Origin: Pedobacter sp.
GTDB lineage: Bacteria; Desulfobacterota; Desulfuromonadia; Desulfuromonadales; Syntrophotaleaceae
Direction: 5' to 3'
Assembly: GCA_050253415.1 (NCBI GenBank)
Contig: JBFWJC010000001.1
Span: 160,001 to 224,000 of the forward strand
Length of the DNA stretch: 64,000 bases
Made by a program: the position numbers and the translations under genes. A model generated the notes under the pieces. That model saw nothing but the letters and a program-made list of their open reading frames with translations. It ran no database searches and had not been told where the DNA came from. Below, in pieces: positions 9,229-18,962 of this stretch. Within the stretch, counting starts at the first letter, position 1. Each line of letters begins with the position of its first letter.

Positions 9229-11142
9229 TTACAGGCCCAAGCCGACGCGTTTCTCCATGATGATCGCCTCCATGCGGTCGGCGGTCGCCACCGGATCTTC
9301 CTCGACGAAGAAGTAGCCGCCGAGCAGGTCCTTAGCCGAATCGGTGAGGATCTTGGTGACTACCGGCGACCCTAGCACCGGCGGTACCGGCCACAGATGC
9401 ACCGGCACTCCGCTACCAATGAAGTACGAGCCGATGGCCACGGCTTTTTCGGTGGTCCACTCCGGTGCCGAACCAACAACCGGCAGCGCCGCAGTATCAA
9501 CCCCCAGATGGTCGGCCAGCGCGCCGGTCAATACCAGCATGCGCGAACAGTCAACGCAGGAGCCCATATGCAATACCGGCGGAATGCCGAGCAGCTCGCA
9601 AACCGCTTTCAGGCCAGGCCCGGCCAACTGCTGGGCGCCGAGATTCATCAACCCGGCTTTGGCGGCGGCAATCGCCCAACAACCGGTGCCGAGCACCAGA
9701 ATGTCGCGTTTGATCAATTCACGGGTCAGCGACAGATGGAAAAAGTCCTGCTGTACCTTGGCGTTGTTGCAGCCGACGATACCGACCACGCCCTTGATGG
9801 TGCCATTGGCGATGACCTCTACCAGTGGATCGAGTTTGCCACCCAGAGCTCCCACGATCTGCTCGACGGTAAAGCCGACCATGGCCTCTTCGGTTTCCTG
9901 GGGGATATAGACCTTGGCGGCGTTGCGGTTGGGATACGCTTCGATAGCGGTCTGGATGATGCGCTTGGCGATGGCGTTGGCCTCATGCTCCTCGAACTGG
10001 ATATGCAGAGAGCCAGGGATATTGGTCTGTTCGCTGGTGGTAATGAAGCGGGTATGAAAACAGGAGGACAGGTCGGCCAACGACGGGAAGATGCACTGCA
10101 CATCAACCACCATCGCTTCCACCGCACCGGTCATGATAGCTAACTCGCTGTGCAGCAGATTGCCGGCCACGTTGACACCCTGGCGCATGAGAATTTCGTT
10201 GCCGGTGCAGCACAGGCCGGCCACGTTGACCCCTTTGGCGCCGACTGCTTTGGCGGCGGCGGCCATTTCCGGGGAGCGGGCCCATTCCACGACTTTTTCC
10301 GACAGCACCGGCTCGTGGCCATGCACCAGCACGTTGACCATCTCCGCATCGAGGACACCGAGATTGGCTTTGATGGTGCGCACCGTCGGCGAGCCGAACA
10401 GGATATCCTGGCATTCGGTGGCGATCAGCGAACCTCCCCAGCCGTCACCGAAAGAACAGCGCAGGGTCTGGGCGATCAGCGTCAAGGGATCGGCATCGCA
10501 GCCGAAATGGGTGCGGTGCATAATATCGACCACTTCGCGGTCGATACCGCGTGGCAGCAGGCCGATGCGCGCGCCGGTCAGTTCGCTGAGGGTCCCTTCG
10601 AGATTTTTCAGCAGCTCCAAACGCTTTTGCGGCATGTAGCCCAAAACGAAGGGGATGGTCTCTTCGCCCTGGGCGCCGAAACAGGCGATGGCCACATCGG
10701 CCACGTCGCCGGCAACAGCCAGAGTATCGCGGCCGTCGGTGGCAATACCCAGACGACCGGCCACTACCATCAGCTTGTCGGGATTAATGATCGTATAGTC
10801 GGTATTGCGGCCGCTGGCGACTTCCTTGAGCAGCAACGCCACCTTGCGACCATGATCGGAGTGGGCCGATGAGCCGGCCGCCGCCATGCGCGCAAGGTTG
10901 CGCGCCACCATGGTATCGGCATTGGCGCCGCACACGCCACGCCGGGGACCTTCTTCCAAAGGATCGATGCGGCAAGGGCCCATACTGCAGTTGCGGCAGC
11001 AGGTTCCCAGCTGGCCGTAACCACACTGCGGCTGTTGGGCTTCCAGACGGCTCCAGGCCGTTTCAAAACCGTCTCGATCAGAAATTTTCAGCATTGCAGC
11101 AGCTGCCGGGTCGACGCTGCGGTGGTCAAGTCTGGGGGACAT
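9229..11142 (-). CDS. cooS: Anaerobic Ni,Fe carbon-monoxide dehydrogenase catalytic subunit
   Basis: D/B cluster CGYGQLGTCCRNCSMGPC...VCG; C-cluster ligands in HGHEP, CCTGNE, VDVQC, GCNN, GTGC, GSCVD; EKA lysine. AAGGAG RBS before ATG 11142. Confidence 0.97.
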   Translation of the reverse strand: MSPRLDHRSVDPAAAAMLKISDRDGFETAWSRLEAQQPQCGYGQLGTCCRNCSMGPCRIDPLEEGPRRGVCGANADTMVARNLARMAAAGSSAHSDHGRKVALLLKEVASGRNTDYTIINPDKLMVVAGRLGIATDGRDTLAVAGDVADVAIACFGAQGEETIPFVLGYMPQKRLELLKNLEGTLSELTGARIGLLPRGIDREVVDIMHRTHFGCDADPLTLIAQTLRCSFGDGWGGSLIATECQDILFGSPTVRTIKANLGVLDAEMVNVLVHGHEPVLSEKVVEWARSPEMAAAAKAVGAKGVNVAGLCCTGNEILMRQGVNVAGNLLHSELAIMTGAVEAMVVDVQCIFPSLADLSSCFHTRFITTSEQTNIPGSLHIQFEEHEANAIAKRIIQTAIEAYPNRNAAKVYIPQETEEAMVGFTVEQIVGALGGKLDPLVEVIANGTIKGVVGIVGCNNAKVQQDFFHLSLTRELIKRDILVLGTGCWAIAAAKAGLMNLGAQQLAGPGLKAVCELLGIPPVLHMGSCVDCSRMLVLTGALADHLGVDTAALPVVGSAPEWTTEKAVAIGSYFIGSGVPVHLWPVPPVLGSPVVTKILTDSAKDLLGGYFFVEEDPVATADRMEAIIMEKRVGLGL

Positions 11143-11225
11143 GATGACTCCTTGTATATGGGGCGACATAAAGGAAATTTGGATCGTATCCTAATGAATT
11201 GCAGAGCAAGGCGCAATTAATCGCT

Positions 11226-11294
11226 GGTCAATGGCGGAATGAGTTGGTGAACGGTTGCCTGCAACAGCGGAAGGAGGGTCTGACCTAACCGGAA
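11226..11294 (-). promoter_or_regulatory. Putative RcoM/LytTR operator: TT-anchored hexamers phased ~21 bp upstream of cooS
   Basis: On - strand TTCCGG (11289-94), TTCCGC (11267-72), TTCACC (11246-51), TTGACC (11226-31); spacings 22, 21 and 20 bp. Confidence 0.45.
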
Positions 11295-11530
11295 CAGCGC
11301 CCGTTCAGGTTACAGCAGGCGACCGGTAGGAGCCATATTGAGGGGTGGATTCTCTTCCATGGTCAATCGGTATTTTTTTCGCTCGCACAAGGCAGCAGTA
11401 CTCATGCTCCCGCAAAACAGACGACCCCATTCAGCCTTGATCTCTTCGGAGCCAAGGCAATATTCACGAAAGAATTCGCAATTACCTATAAGATCAAATC
11501 GTTGGGACACCGCGCCTCCCTACTGCGTAA

Positions 11531-12238
11531 CTAACGTAAGCCGATCTGCTGCAGGAACTTTTTTGCCCGGCTGCGACTGACGGGCAAGCGTGCCTTGCCG
11601 CCTTCCATGATCACAGACAAGGATTGCGACTCCCGATCAATCGACTTCACTTTACCGATATTAATCATATAGCTGCGATGAATGCGGGTAAACTGAGTGG
11701 ACGATAATCCTTCCTCGATCACACCCAGAGACAGATCACAGAAATAGTCCCCGCTGGGCGTAAAAATCCGGCTATATACATTCTCGGCTTTGATATAAAC
11801 GATTTCGGTAGGATCGATCAGCTGGATCCCGCTGGAGGTCGACACCGGAATCTTCATCAGTGCCCGCTGCGGGTTGGTAATAAAGGGGGTGATATCGTAG
11901 ACCAGGCAACAGTTGACCGCATCTTGCAGACTGCCATCAAGCAACGGCATCAGTTTCAGGAACAGGAAACGCTCCTGCCGGTCATGTCCCATATGCCTGA
12001 TGGTAAAAGGCACTGCGCGGGTGGCATCCTTCATCAGCCGAAACACCTCCCGAATCTGCATCCGGGGCTTGTCCTCATGCAACTCCAGAAGATTGGTGCT
12101 GAAAACCTCGTTTTTGGACACTTGCGGAAAAATCAGCAACAACGCCTGATTGATGAATTTTACGTTAAAATCATCATCGAAGAGAACGATGCCGGGCTCG
12201 ATCTTTTCCAGCAATTTAAGAAGATTGTTGGTTTCCAT
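11531..12238 (-). CDS. rcoM: RcoM-type CO-responsive regulator (heme PAS + LytTR)
   Basis: N-terminal PAS with LLELH histidine; C-terminal LytTR (KIPV, IVYIKAEN, FTRIHRSYMIN, LPVSR); directly upstream of cooS. Confidence 0.85.
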   Translation of the reverse strand: METNNLLKLLEKIEPGIVLFDDDFNVKFINQALLLIFPQVSKNEVFSTNLLELHEDKPRMQIREVFRLMKDATRAVPFTIRHMGHDRQERFLFLKLMPLLDGSLQDAVNCCLVYDITPFITNPQRALMKIPVSTSSGIQLIDPTEIVYIKAENVYSRIFTPSGDYFCDLSLGVIEEGLSSTQFTRIHRSYMINIGKVKSIDRESQSLSVIMEGGKARLPVSRSRAKKFLQQIGLR

Positions 12239-12469
12239 GCGAGAAGACCTTCCAAGCTATGTTGCCGACCGCTTCAATCGCCTCATAACTATAATTGAAT
12301 AGCGGCCTATCCTAGCAGGGATACAGGTACCATGGCCAGCCAATTGTTACGGACTGGGTTACACGGAACAAGGGCGGGCGAAAGCTAAATTTGTTGACTT
12401 GTTTTCTTGTTTATTTGATAAAGTAATTTTGCACTTGTCCCGGATCAGGTCAGAAAGGCGAAAAACAGC

Positions 12470-13255
12470 ATGACGACATTACAAGGGTTTGTACATTCGG
12501 ATGTGATACGCCTGGAAAAGGGGGGTATTTCCAAAGGTCCGGTGGAACTGGCCAGGGAATATCCTCTGAAATTGGTTGTTAACGGCAAGGAACTAGCCAC
12601 CCTGGTGGCCTCTCCACATCAGCTTGATTACCTGGTGGTCGGCTTTTTGCGTCTGCAGGGCTTTATTCAGAGACTCGAGGATCTGCACATGCTGGGGATC
12701 TGCCAGGAGCAAGGGGTTGCCCAAGTGCGCATCCGCGGTGAAGTGCCTGACCGGCTGCGTCCGACCTTGACGACGGGCTGCGGCACCGGCATAAGTTTTG
12801 GTCTCGAAGAGGGCCTCGCGGAAACAACCATCGACATACCGACGCCCCGTTTTAACCCCGAAGGAATTTTCGACCTGTTCCGCGAATTATACGGCAAGGC
12901 CGAGCTATTCCGACGGCATGGCGGAGTGCATTCCGCAGCCATCGGCAACGGCCACTCCCGGTTGCTGTTGGCGGAAGACCTGGGCCGTCACAACACCCTC
13001 GATCGCCTGGCCGGAGAGGCCCTGTTTAAAGGATTGGAGCTGCGCGGAACCATGCTCGCCACCTCCGGGCGCATCTCTTCGGAGATGGTGGTCAAGGCAT
13101 CCCGCCTGGGCATTGCCCTGCTCGCCTCCCGTACCGCGGTGACCAGTCTGGCGGTGGATCTCGCTACCCGCACCGGTATCTGCCTGGTGGGCTATGTGCG
13201 ACGGGACGTGCTTGAAGTCTATACTCATCCGCATTGCCTGACGCTTCCGACATAG
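12470..13255 (+). CDS. fdhD: Formate dehydrogenase accessory sulfurtransferase FdhD
   Basis: EYPL..VVNG, TTGCG, GGVHSAA, EDLGRHNTLD, SGRISSEMV motifs. Confidence 0.93.
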   Translation: MTTLQGFVHSDVIRLEKGGISKGPVELAREYPLKLVVNGKELATLVASPHQLDYLVVGFLRLQGFIQRLEDLHMLGICQEQGVAQVRIRGEVPDRLRPTLTTGCGTGISFGLEEGLAETTIDIPTPRFNPEGIFDLFRELYGKAELFRRHGGVHSAAIGNGHSRLLLAEDLGRHNTLDRLAGEALFKGLELRGTMLATSGRISSEMVVKASRLGIALLASRTAVTSLAVDLATRTGICLVGYVRRDVLEVYTHPHCLTLPT

Positions 13256-13285
13256 CGGAACAACCCTCTCGTTCAACAAAACCAT

Positions 13286-13331
13286 AAAAAACCCGGCACA
13301 ACGAATGAACAGCATCGTCGTGCCGGGTTTA
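13286..13331. terminator. Bidirectional intrinsic terminator
   Basis: AAACCCGGCAC...GTGCCGGGTTT hairpin between convergent fdhD and the SLOG-like gene. Confidence 0.7.
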
Positions 13332-13374
13332 TGAAATCAGCTCGATTGCGGAACCTGCGACAAGAAAACCAGGG

Positions 13375-13932
13375 TCAGGCAAAAGACCGCGCGAACAATG
13401 CGTCGATGGCCTGCCGACCGTTTTCTTCAAGAAAACGCGTTCCGGTACCGGCAAAATGGATATGGCCGATAACCGGTTCTTCCCCCGGAGGGCAGGCCTC
13501 CCATTCCATATGAGACCAACGGAACCAGCCATTCTGTTTCTGGTCAAACACAAACAGCGGCTTGTTGCACAACTTGGCGAATTCGGCTCCCCAACCAGTG
13601 CCGCCCTTGACGGTCTTGTCCGCCAGGATTTCTCCGACTACAAAAATCTCCTGAGCATGGTTCACCTGGTACCAAATGCTTTGCAAAATTTTGCGGATCT
13701 TGAGGCTGTCGGTGTAGCGACGATTCATAAGACGCGACACATATTCCAAACTCACGTCGCCGTGCTTGAGCTCTTCATGGTTGAGAAACCGCAGACCGCG
13801 CTCACGCATCCGGCCATGACCCTCGAAGGTAAAATTGACTTCTTCGATGCCATACCGCTCTGCATTTTGTCCGAAAGCCATTTCGGCCCCATTGGCGCCG
13901 CCGCTGAAAAGAATAAAATCTTCCTTCTCCAT
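13375..13932 (-). CDS. Conserved hypothetical protein, SLOG-superfamily-like
   Basis: SGGANGAE, KGGTGW and FAGTGTR motifs; start at ATG 13932 after AAAGGA. Confidence 0.7.
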   Translation of the reverse strand: MEKEDFILFSGGANGAEMAFGQNAERYGIEEVNFTFEGHGRMRERGLRFLNHEELKHGDVSLEYVSRLMNRRYTDSLKIRKILQSIWYQVNHAQEIFVVGEILADKTVKGGTGWGAEFAKLCNKPLFVFDQKQNGWFRWSHMEWEACPPGEEPVIGHIHFAGTGTRFLEENGRQAIDALFARSFA

Positions 13933-14177
13933 ACCGATTCCTTTCGTAGGGTTCTGGTTGTGTTTGAATCCATCTCGAAAAGGTTCGTGCCAGTTCATGA
14001 TAATTTAACACGTCTGACCTCGAAACAAGTGTACAAAATTAATGACAAGTTTTCATATCAAAGAGAATTCTATTTTCCCCCTGGACCATTGCCTACGCTT
14101 TTTCGCTTCTCTGGTTAAAGACCCCACACCTGTTGCATCGGCACAGGCGTCCAACCTCCCGGCCAGAGGTTATCCGC

Positions 14178-14828
14178 TCAATGCAACTGCTCCAGCAACT
14201 CTTCCAATTCCTGGGACATGACAATGTTATTGTTATTGACCACTTCAATGCTTCCCAGCAAGTTTTTCGCCTGGCCGGCGGTCGCCTTCACTTCTTCGGC
14301 CACCACGGCAAAGCTGCGCCCATGAGCCCCGGCACGGGCCGCCTCGATGGCGGCATTAATCGACAACATCTCCAGATTGAAGGCTACCTGGGTGATGGCG
14401 GACAACGCCCTTTTGACGGCGGTTGTACTGCCGATGATTTCCTCGCCGATCTGACTGATCTTGCCAAAAATCGAACTGTTGAGCTTGCGCCGGCTTTCCT
14501 GCACCACGTTGAAAAACATCAACGCCGCCTGACTGCTGAGGATTTCCGTCCCTTCCCGGTGATTTTGCTGCACCAGTTCCAGAACCTTGGGCGAGCCCGT
14601 CGCCTCGATGATAAAATCGGTACGATATTGCTGCATGGTTGCCACCAGATCGTCCGGCGTGGGGATCTGCAACTCCTTGGCTGCAATAACCGCCACCGCC
14701 TTCGGATCACGATCCACCAAAAACACCACCCGCGCCTGATCGCTTTCCGCAAAGATTTTCAGCATCTCCAAACCACCGCGACCGCCCCCGACAATCCCGA
14801 TGGAAAGCACCTTGTCTTCTTTTGCCAT
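14178..14828 (-). CDS. Soluble chemoreceptor-like protein: N-terminal Rossmann domain + short MCP signalling hairpin
   Basis: IGIVGGGRGG and IIEATG Rossmann motifs; MLSINAAIEAARAGAHGRSFAVVAEEV; no TM segment. Confidence 0.85.
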   Translation of the reverse strand: MAKEDKVLSIGIVGGGRGGLEMLKIFAESDQARVVFLVDRDPKAVAVIAAKELQIPTPDDLVATMQQYRTDFIIEATGSPKVLELVQQNHREGTEILSSQAALMFFNVVQESRRKLNSSIFGKISQIGEEIIGSTTAVKRALSAITQVAFNLEMLSINAAIEAARAGAHGRSFAVVAEEVKATAGQAKNLLGSIEVVNNNNIVMSQELEELLEQLH

Positions 14829-15378
14829 ACCGTTTCCCCCATAACATAATTAGTTGTTCAGCATCGGCATTATGCGATTACCAAACCATGTTCGACGCAA
14901 TCCTGGCGCTACCTTTCCCGCATCACGGATCCTTCTATACAGGGCATATAATTTCACCTGCGGAGAAGTTTCCCCTATTCATACCTATTCGTCATGGCCG
15001 TTAAAAAATTTAGTCTAGAACATTATTATATTTAATCCTAGATGCTTTTTTTCCAGCTTTGCCAAGGCTGCAGTCCGCTTGAACCAACGAGCATCGCGAT
15101 GGCAGCAGCAGCGGGAAAATGGGCCGGGTGGGTCATACCTGCGGCGGCCGGAGTATCCTATCCGATGCCAGGTTCATCTGGATTCCGGATTCGATATAAA
15201 GACAAAACGGTGCAACAGGCTAATCTGCCACACTGTTTGGCAAGATATCCGTTACCCTTTTCCCAAATCCCGAGCATTCTGCTATCATTATGGACAATCG
15301 ACGCTACAGACCTGTTGCACTTCCATAAAATAGAGGGGCTGCCGCTTTTTACTTGTGAAAAAATCCATGCACTCTGCC

Positions 15379-16158
15379 ATGAGCCAAACCTTGCCATCAG
15401 CCCTCAAGAGGCTTGATGCCATCAAGAACTCGCTGAAAAACAAGCAAGTTATCATCTTCCTTGATTACGATGGCACTCTTACCCCGATTGTCGAGCGGCC
15501 TGAATGGGCCCAACTGTCGCAGAACATGCGCAGTGCGGTTAGAGGACTGTCGAAAAAGTATCGGGTTGCCATCATCAGCGGCCGGGATCTGCAGGATATA
15601 CGCAATCTGGTTGCCCTCGAGGGACTCCTTTATGCCGGTAGCCATGGTTTTGATATCTCCGGACCCGATGGCGACATGGAATTGCAGCAAGGCGCGGAGT
15701 ATCTCCCTGCTCTGGAGCGGGCCGAAAAGACCCTGACCAAAGCCCTCGTTGAAATACCTGGCACTCAGGTCGAACGTAAAAAGTTTGCCATCGCCGTCCA
15801 CTTTCGCCGTGCTGATTTGAAAGATATTCCCTCTGTGGAGTCCATCGTTGATACGATCGTTGCGAAAACTCCGGGACTGCGTAAAACTGGGGGCAAAATG
15901 ATTTTTGAATTGCGCCCCGACATCGACTGGGACAAGGGCAAGGCGCTGCACTGGATCCTTACGCAGCTCGGCATGGATGGAGACAATGTCTGCCCCATCT
16001 ATATTGGGGATGATCTGACCGATGAAGATGCTTTCTGCGCCCTGCAAACCCGGGGCCTTGCCATTTTAGTGAGTAACGAGCAGCGCCTTACTGCCGCCGG
16101 CTACCTGCTCAAGGATCCACAAGAGGTCGGTCAATTCCTGGAAAGGCTAAAGGCATAG
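15379..16158 (+). CDS. otsB: Trehalose-6-phosphate phosphatase (HAD IIB); start uncertain (15355/15367/15379)
   Basis: FLDYDGTLTPI, ISGR, YAGSHG, ELRP..WDKG, YIGDDLTDEDAF. Confidence 0.92.
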   Translation: MSQTLPSALKRLDAIKNSLKNKQVIIFLDYDGTLTPIVERPEWAQLSQNMRSAVRGLSKKYRVAIISGRDLQDIRNLVALEGLLYAGSHGFDISGPDGDMELQQGAEYLPALERAEKTLTKALVEIPGTQVERKKFAIAVHFRRADLKDIPSVESIVDTIVAKTPGLRKTGGKMIFELRPDIDWDKGKALHWILTQLGMDGDNVCPIYIGDDLTDEDAFCALQTRGLAILVSNEQRLTAAGYLLKDPQEVGQFLERLKA

Positions 16159-16288
16159 CCGGGAGGAATGTCGGCCATGCTTCACTGAGTCCAACGGTTT
16201 TACCCTGCCCCTGGAAATGTTTGGCTACACCTTTTTTTGATGGTGCGCGGATGGGCGCGCCCCCCCTGGCAACTGTTGAGGCACCACG

Positions 16289-18892
16289 ATGCATTTTAAA
16301 AATCGCCGATGGCTAGTAATTCTGTTCCTGAATTTGGCCGTGTTTTTCTTCCTTTTACCCACGCCATCCCAGGCACAGCAGCAACGTATCCTGTTTATCA
16401 GTTCCTACCATCCGGGATTTCCGACCTTTTCTCAGCAAATTGATGGGATGACCGATATTTTCAATCAAGAAAATATCTTTCTCGACATCGAATTCATGGA
16501 TACCAAACGGTTTCCTTCGGAACAAAATCTTCATAATTTTAGGCAATTGCTGTCCTACAAGCTGGATCGTAGCCCAGCCTACGATGCCATCGTCACCGGT
16601 GATGACGCAGCCCTCAAATTCGCCATAGCGGAACAAACCGGCCTGTTTAAAAAACTGCCGATTGTTTTTCTGGGTGTAAACAATATGGAACTGGCACTTG
16701 CCCAGAATGACAACCCCTGGATTACCGGCACCGTGGAAAAGGTGTCCATGCGGGAAACTCTCGAACTGATGCACAAGATGCATCCGCAAGCGACAACCTT
16801 TGTCGCCATTGTCGACGGGACGACCACCGGCCAGATCGACCTGCAAACCTTTTATGGCATACAGAAATTTCTTCCGGAAGTGCACCTATCCCAGCTCTCC
16901 CTGGCCGACATGTCTTATGAGGAACTAGGTCAGCAACTTGCCGCCCTCCGCGAAGACACCGTGGTACTGCTTCTTTCCGCCTACCATGATCGAGAAGGTA
17001 GAAGTCTGGTGTTTAAGGATAATTTGCATTTTATCACCAGCCACCTGTCCCGCCCCCTCTACCATATTTACTATCATGGTATGGGCGCCGGCATTGTCGG
17101 CGGAAAACTTGTCAGCCATTTTCAGCAGGGCCAGACCGCAGCCAGAATGGTCCTCGCCATCCTTGGTGGCACCCCCATTACCAGCCTGCCGGTGAATACC
17201 GATAGTTTTAACCGTTACGTGTTCGATTTCCGTGAATTGCAGCGTTTTGGCCTCGCCCTCTCCGAATTGCCGGCTGACAGCGTCATCCTTAACCGGCCCA
17301 TTTCAGCTTTCCGCAAATACCGTCAGGCCATTCTGGTGGTGGCTGCGCTGCTGGTTTTCGGTATCGCCCTGGCTCTGCTTCTGTTAGGGCATCTGCGCCA
17401 GCGTCAGGAAGCGGAAGAGGCCTTGCGTAAAAGTGAAGAACGCTTTCGCAGCATCGTGCACTTTTCCCCCATGGGTGTCTTGCTGTATCAGCTTTACCCC
17501 AACGACAAGCTTATCCTTATGGGCAGCAATACCGCAGCCAGGGACATTTTGCACCTGGACCTTGATACGTTCATAGGCAAAACCATCGAGGAAGTATTCC
17601 CTAAACTTGTCGGCACCGGCATCCCTGAAAAATTTCGGCAGGTATGTTCCCTGGGGACGGCATGGTCCAGCGATCAGGTTGACTACGCCGCACCGCCCAT
17701 CAAAGGCTCTTTCGAAGTGCATGCCTTCCAGACAGCGCCGGGGAAAATGGCCTGTTTTTTCAGAGATATTTCGGAGCGCACCAAGGCCGAGCAGACCCTG
17801 AAAGAAGCCTTGATCAACGCCCGAAGCGCCAGGGAACATCTTGAAACCATACTTAACTCGGTGTCCGATGGTCTGCTGTTTACCGATCTGGATAGCCGCA
17901 TCATGCTGATGAGCCGTTCCGCTGAGGAATTGCTGGGCAAAACTCTGGGCGACGTGTACGGACGGGATGTTCGCCGGGTGGTGGAAAATGAAGCTCTGCT
18001 CAAGAGTCTCAAGGTTGTCGCTTCCGGTACGCAGGAGGAAAGTATCGTAGAGATTTCCCTGCCGACGCCCCATGAAAACAAATTCCGTATTGTGCAGGCC
18101 AAACTGGCCGCCGTACGCAACGAGGAAGGTCTGAAGCGGGGGATCATCACCCTGCTGCGCGACATAAGCCGAGAGCGAGAGCTTGACCTTATGAAGACCG
18201 AATTCATCTCCACCGCCGCCCACGAATTGCGCACTCCCCTGACCAGCGTTATCGGTTTCTCGGAACTGCTCATCAAGCAAGGCGGTCTCAATGACCAACA
18301 GGACGAATTTCTTACCATCATCCATAAAAAAGCCGAAGCCCTGGGCAAAATTGTCGAAGACCTGCTGGATCTGGCCCGGGTCGATACCGGACAGGTCATT
18401 CGTCTTAAAAAGGACTGGGCCGATGTGCGTTCGATCCTGGCGCGCTGCGTTTCCGATTACAAACGCGTATGCGATAATCACCGCTTTAAGATGGTCCTGC
18501 CCGACGGACCGATAAGCATGCAGGTGGACGACCGCAAGCTTTTCCAGGTCATGGAAAATCTGCTCGGCAACGCCGTTAAATTTAGCCCTGTGGACAGCAC
18601 GATCCAGGTGACCTGCCAAATGGCCGATGACGAGGTCTACATTGCGGTGAGCGATCAAGGTATCGGCATGAATCCCGACCAGATCAGTCGCATGTTCGAT
18701 AAGTTCTACCGTGTCGACGCCTCCAATACGGCAAGGGAAGGACTAGGTCTGGGCATGGCTATCGTCAAGAGCATCGTTGAAGCGCACCAGGGGCGCATCT
18801 GGGTAACCAGCAAACCGGACAAGGGAACCACCGTAACCTTCACCCTGCCACGTACCAGGGAACAGGAAGATCGCGCATCTCAAAACGTCTGA
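16289..18892 (+). CDS. Sensor histidine kinase (periplasmic ABC-SBP-like sensor, TM, 2 PAS, HisKA, HATPase)
   Basis: Signal peptide, TM helix, AHELRTPL, NLLGNAVKF, DQGIG, GLGLG boxes. Confidence 0.92.
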   Translation: MHFKNRRWLVILFLNLAVFFFLLPTPSQAQQQRILFISSYHPGFPTFSQQIDGMTDIFNQENIFLDIEFMDTKRFPSEQNLHNFRQLLSYKLDRSPAYDAIVTGDDAALKFAIAEQTGLFKKLPIVFLGVNNMELALAQNDNPWITGTVEKVSMRETLELMHKMHPQATTFVAIVDGTTTGQIDLQTFYGIQKFLPEVHLSQLSLADMSYEELGQQLAALREDTVVLLLSAYHDREGRSLVFKDNLHFITSHLSRPLYHIYYHGMGAGIVGGKLVSHFQQGQTAARMVLAILGGTPITSLPVNTDSFNRYVFDFRELQRFGLALSELPADSVILNRPISAFRKYRQAILVVAALLVFGIALALLLLGHLRQRQEAEEALRKSEERFRSIVHFSPMGVLLYQLYPNDKLILMGSNTAARDILHLDLDTFIGKTIEEVFPKLVGTGIPEKFRQVCSLGTAWSSDQVDYAAPPIKGSFEVHAFQTAPGKMACFFRDISERTKAEQTLKEALINARSAREHLETILNSVSDGLLFTDLDSRIMLMSRSAEELLGKTLGDVYGRDVRRVVENEALLKSLKVVASGTQEESIVEISLPTPHENKFRIVQAKLAAVRNEEGLKRGIITLLRDISRERELDLMKTEFISTAAHELRTPLTSVIGFSELLIKQGGLNDQQDEFLTIIHKKAEALGKIVEDLLDLARVDTGQVIRLKKDWADVRSILARCVSDYKRVCDNHRFKMVLPDGPISMQVDDRKLFQVMENLLGNAVKFSPVDSTIQVTCQMADDEVYIAVSDQGIGMNPDQISRMFDKFYRVDASNTAREGLGLGMAIVKSIVEAHQGRIWVTSKPDKGTTVTFTLPRTREQEDRASQNV

Positions 18893-18908
18893 CCGTTGGC
18901 TTTCGGAC

Positions 18909-18936
18909 AAAAAAGGGCGGCACTTTCGTGCCGCCC
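18909..18936 (-). terminator. Intrinsic terminator (tupA; probably bidirectional)
   Basis: GGGCGGCAC-TTTC-GTGCCGCCC hairpin with an A6 run (T tail on - strand). Confidence 0.75.
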
Positions 18937-18962
18937 CCGAATGAATCTGCCCGCTTTACCTT

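Noticed and set aside
11310..11510. 66-aa ORF between rcoM and cooS
   Set aside because: No motif or homology recognised; likely spurious.
14035..14062. Fur-like box upstream of the SLOG-like gene
   Set aside because: Too degenerate within an AT-rich tract.
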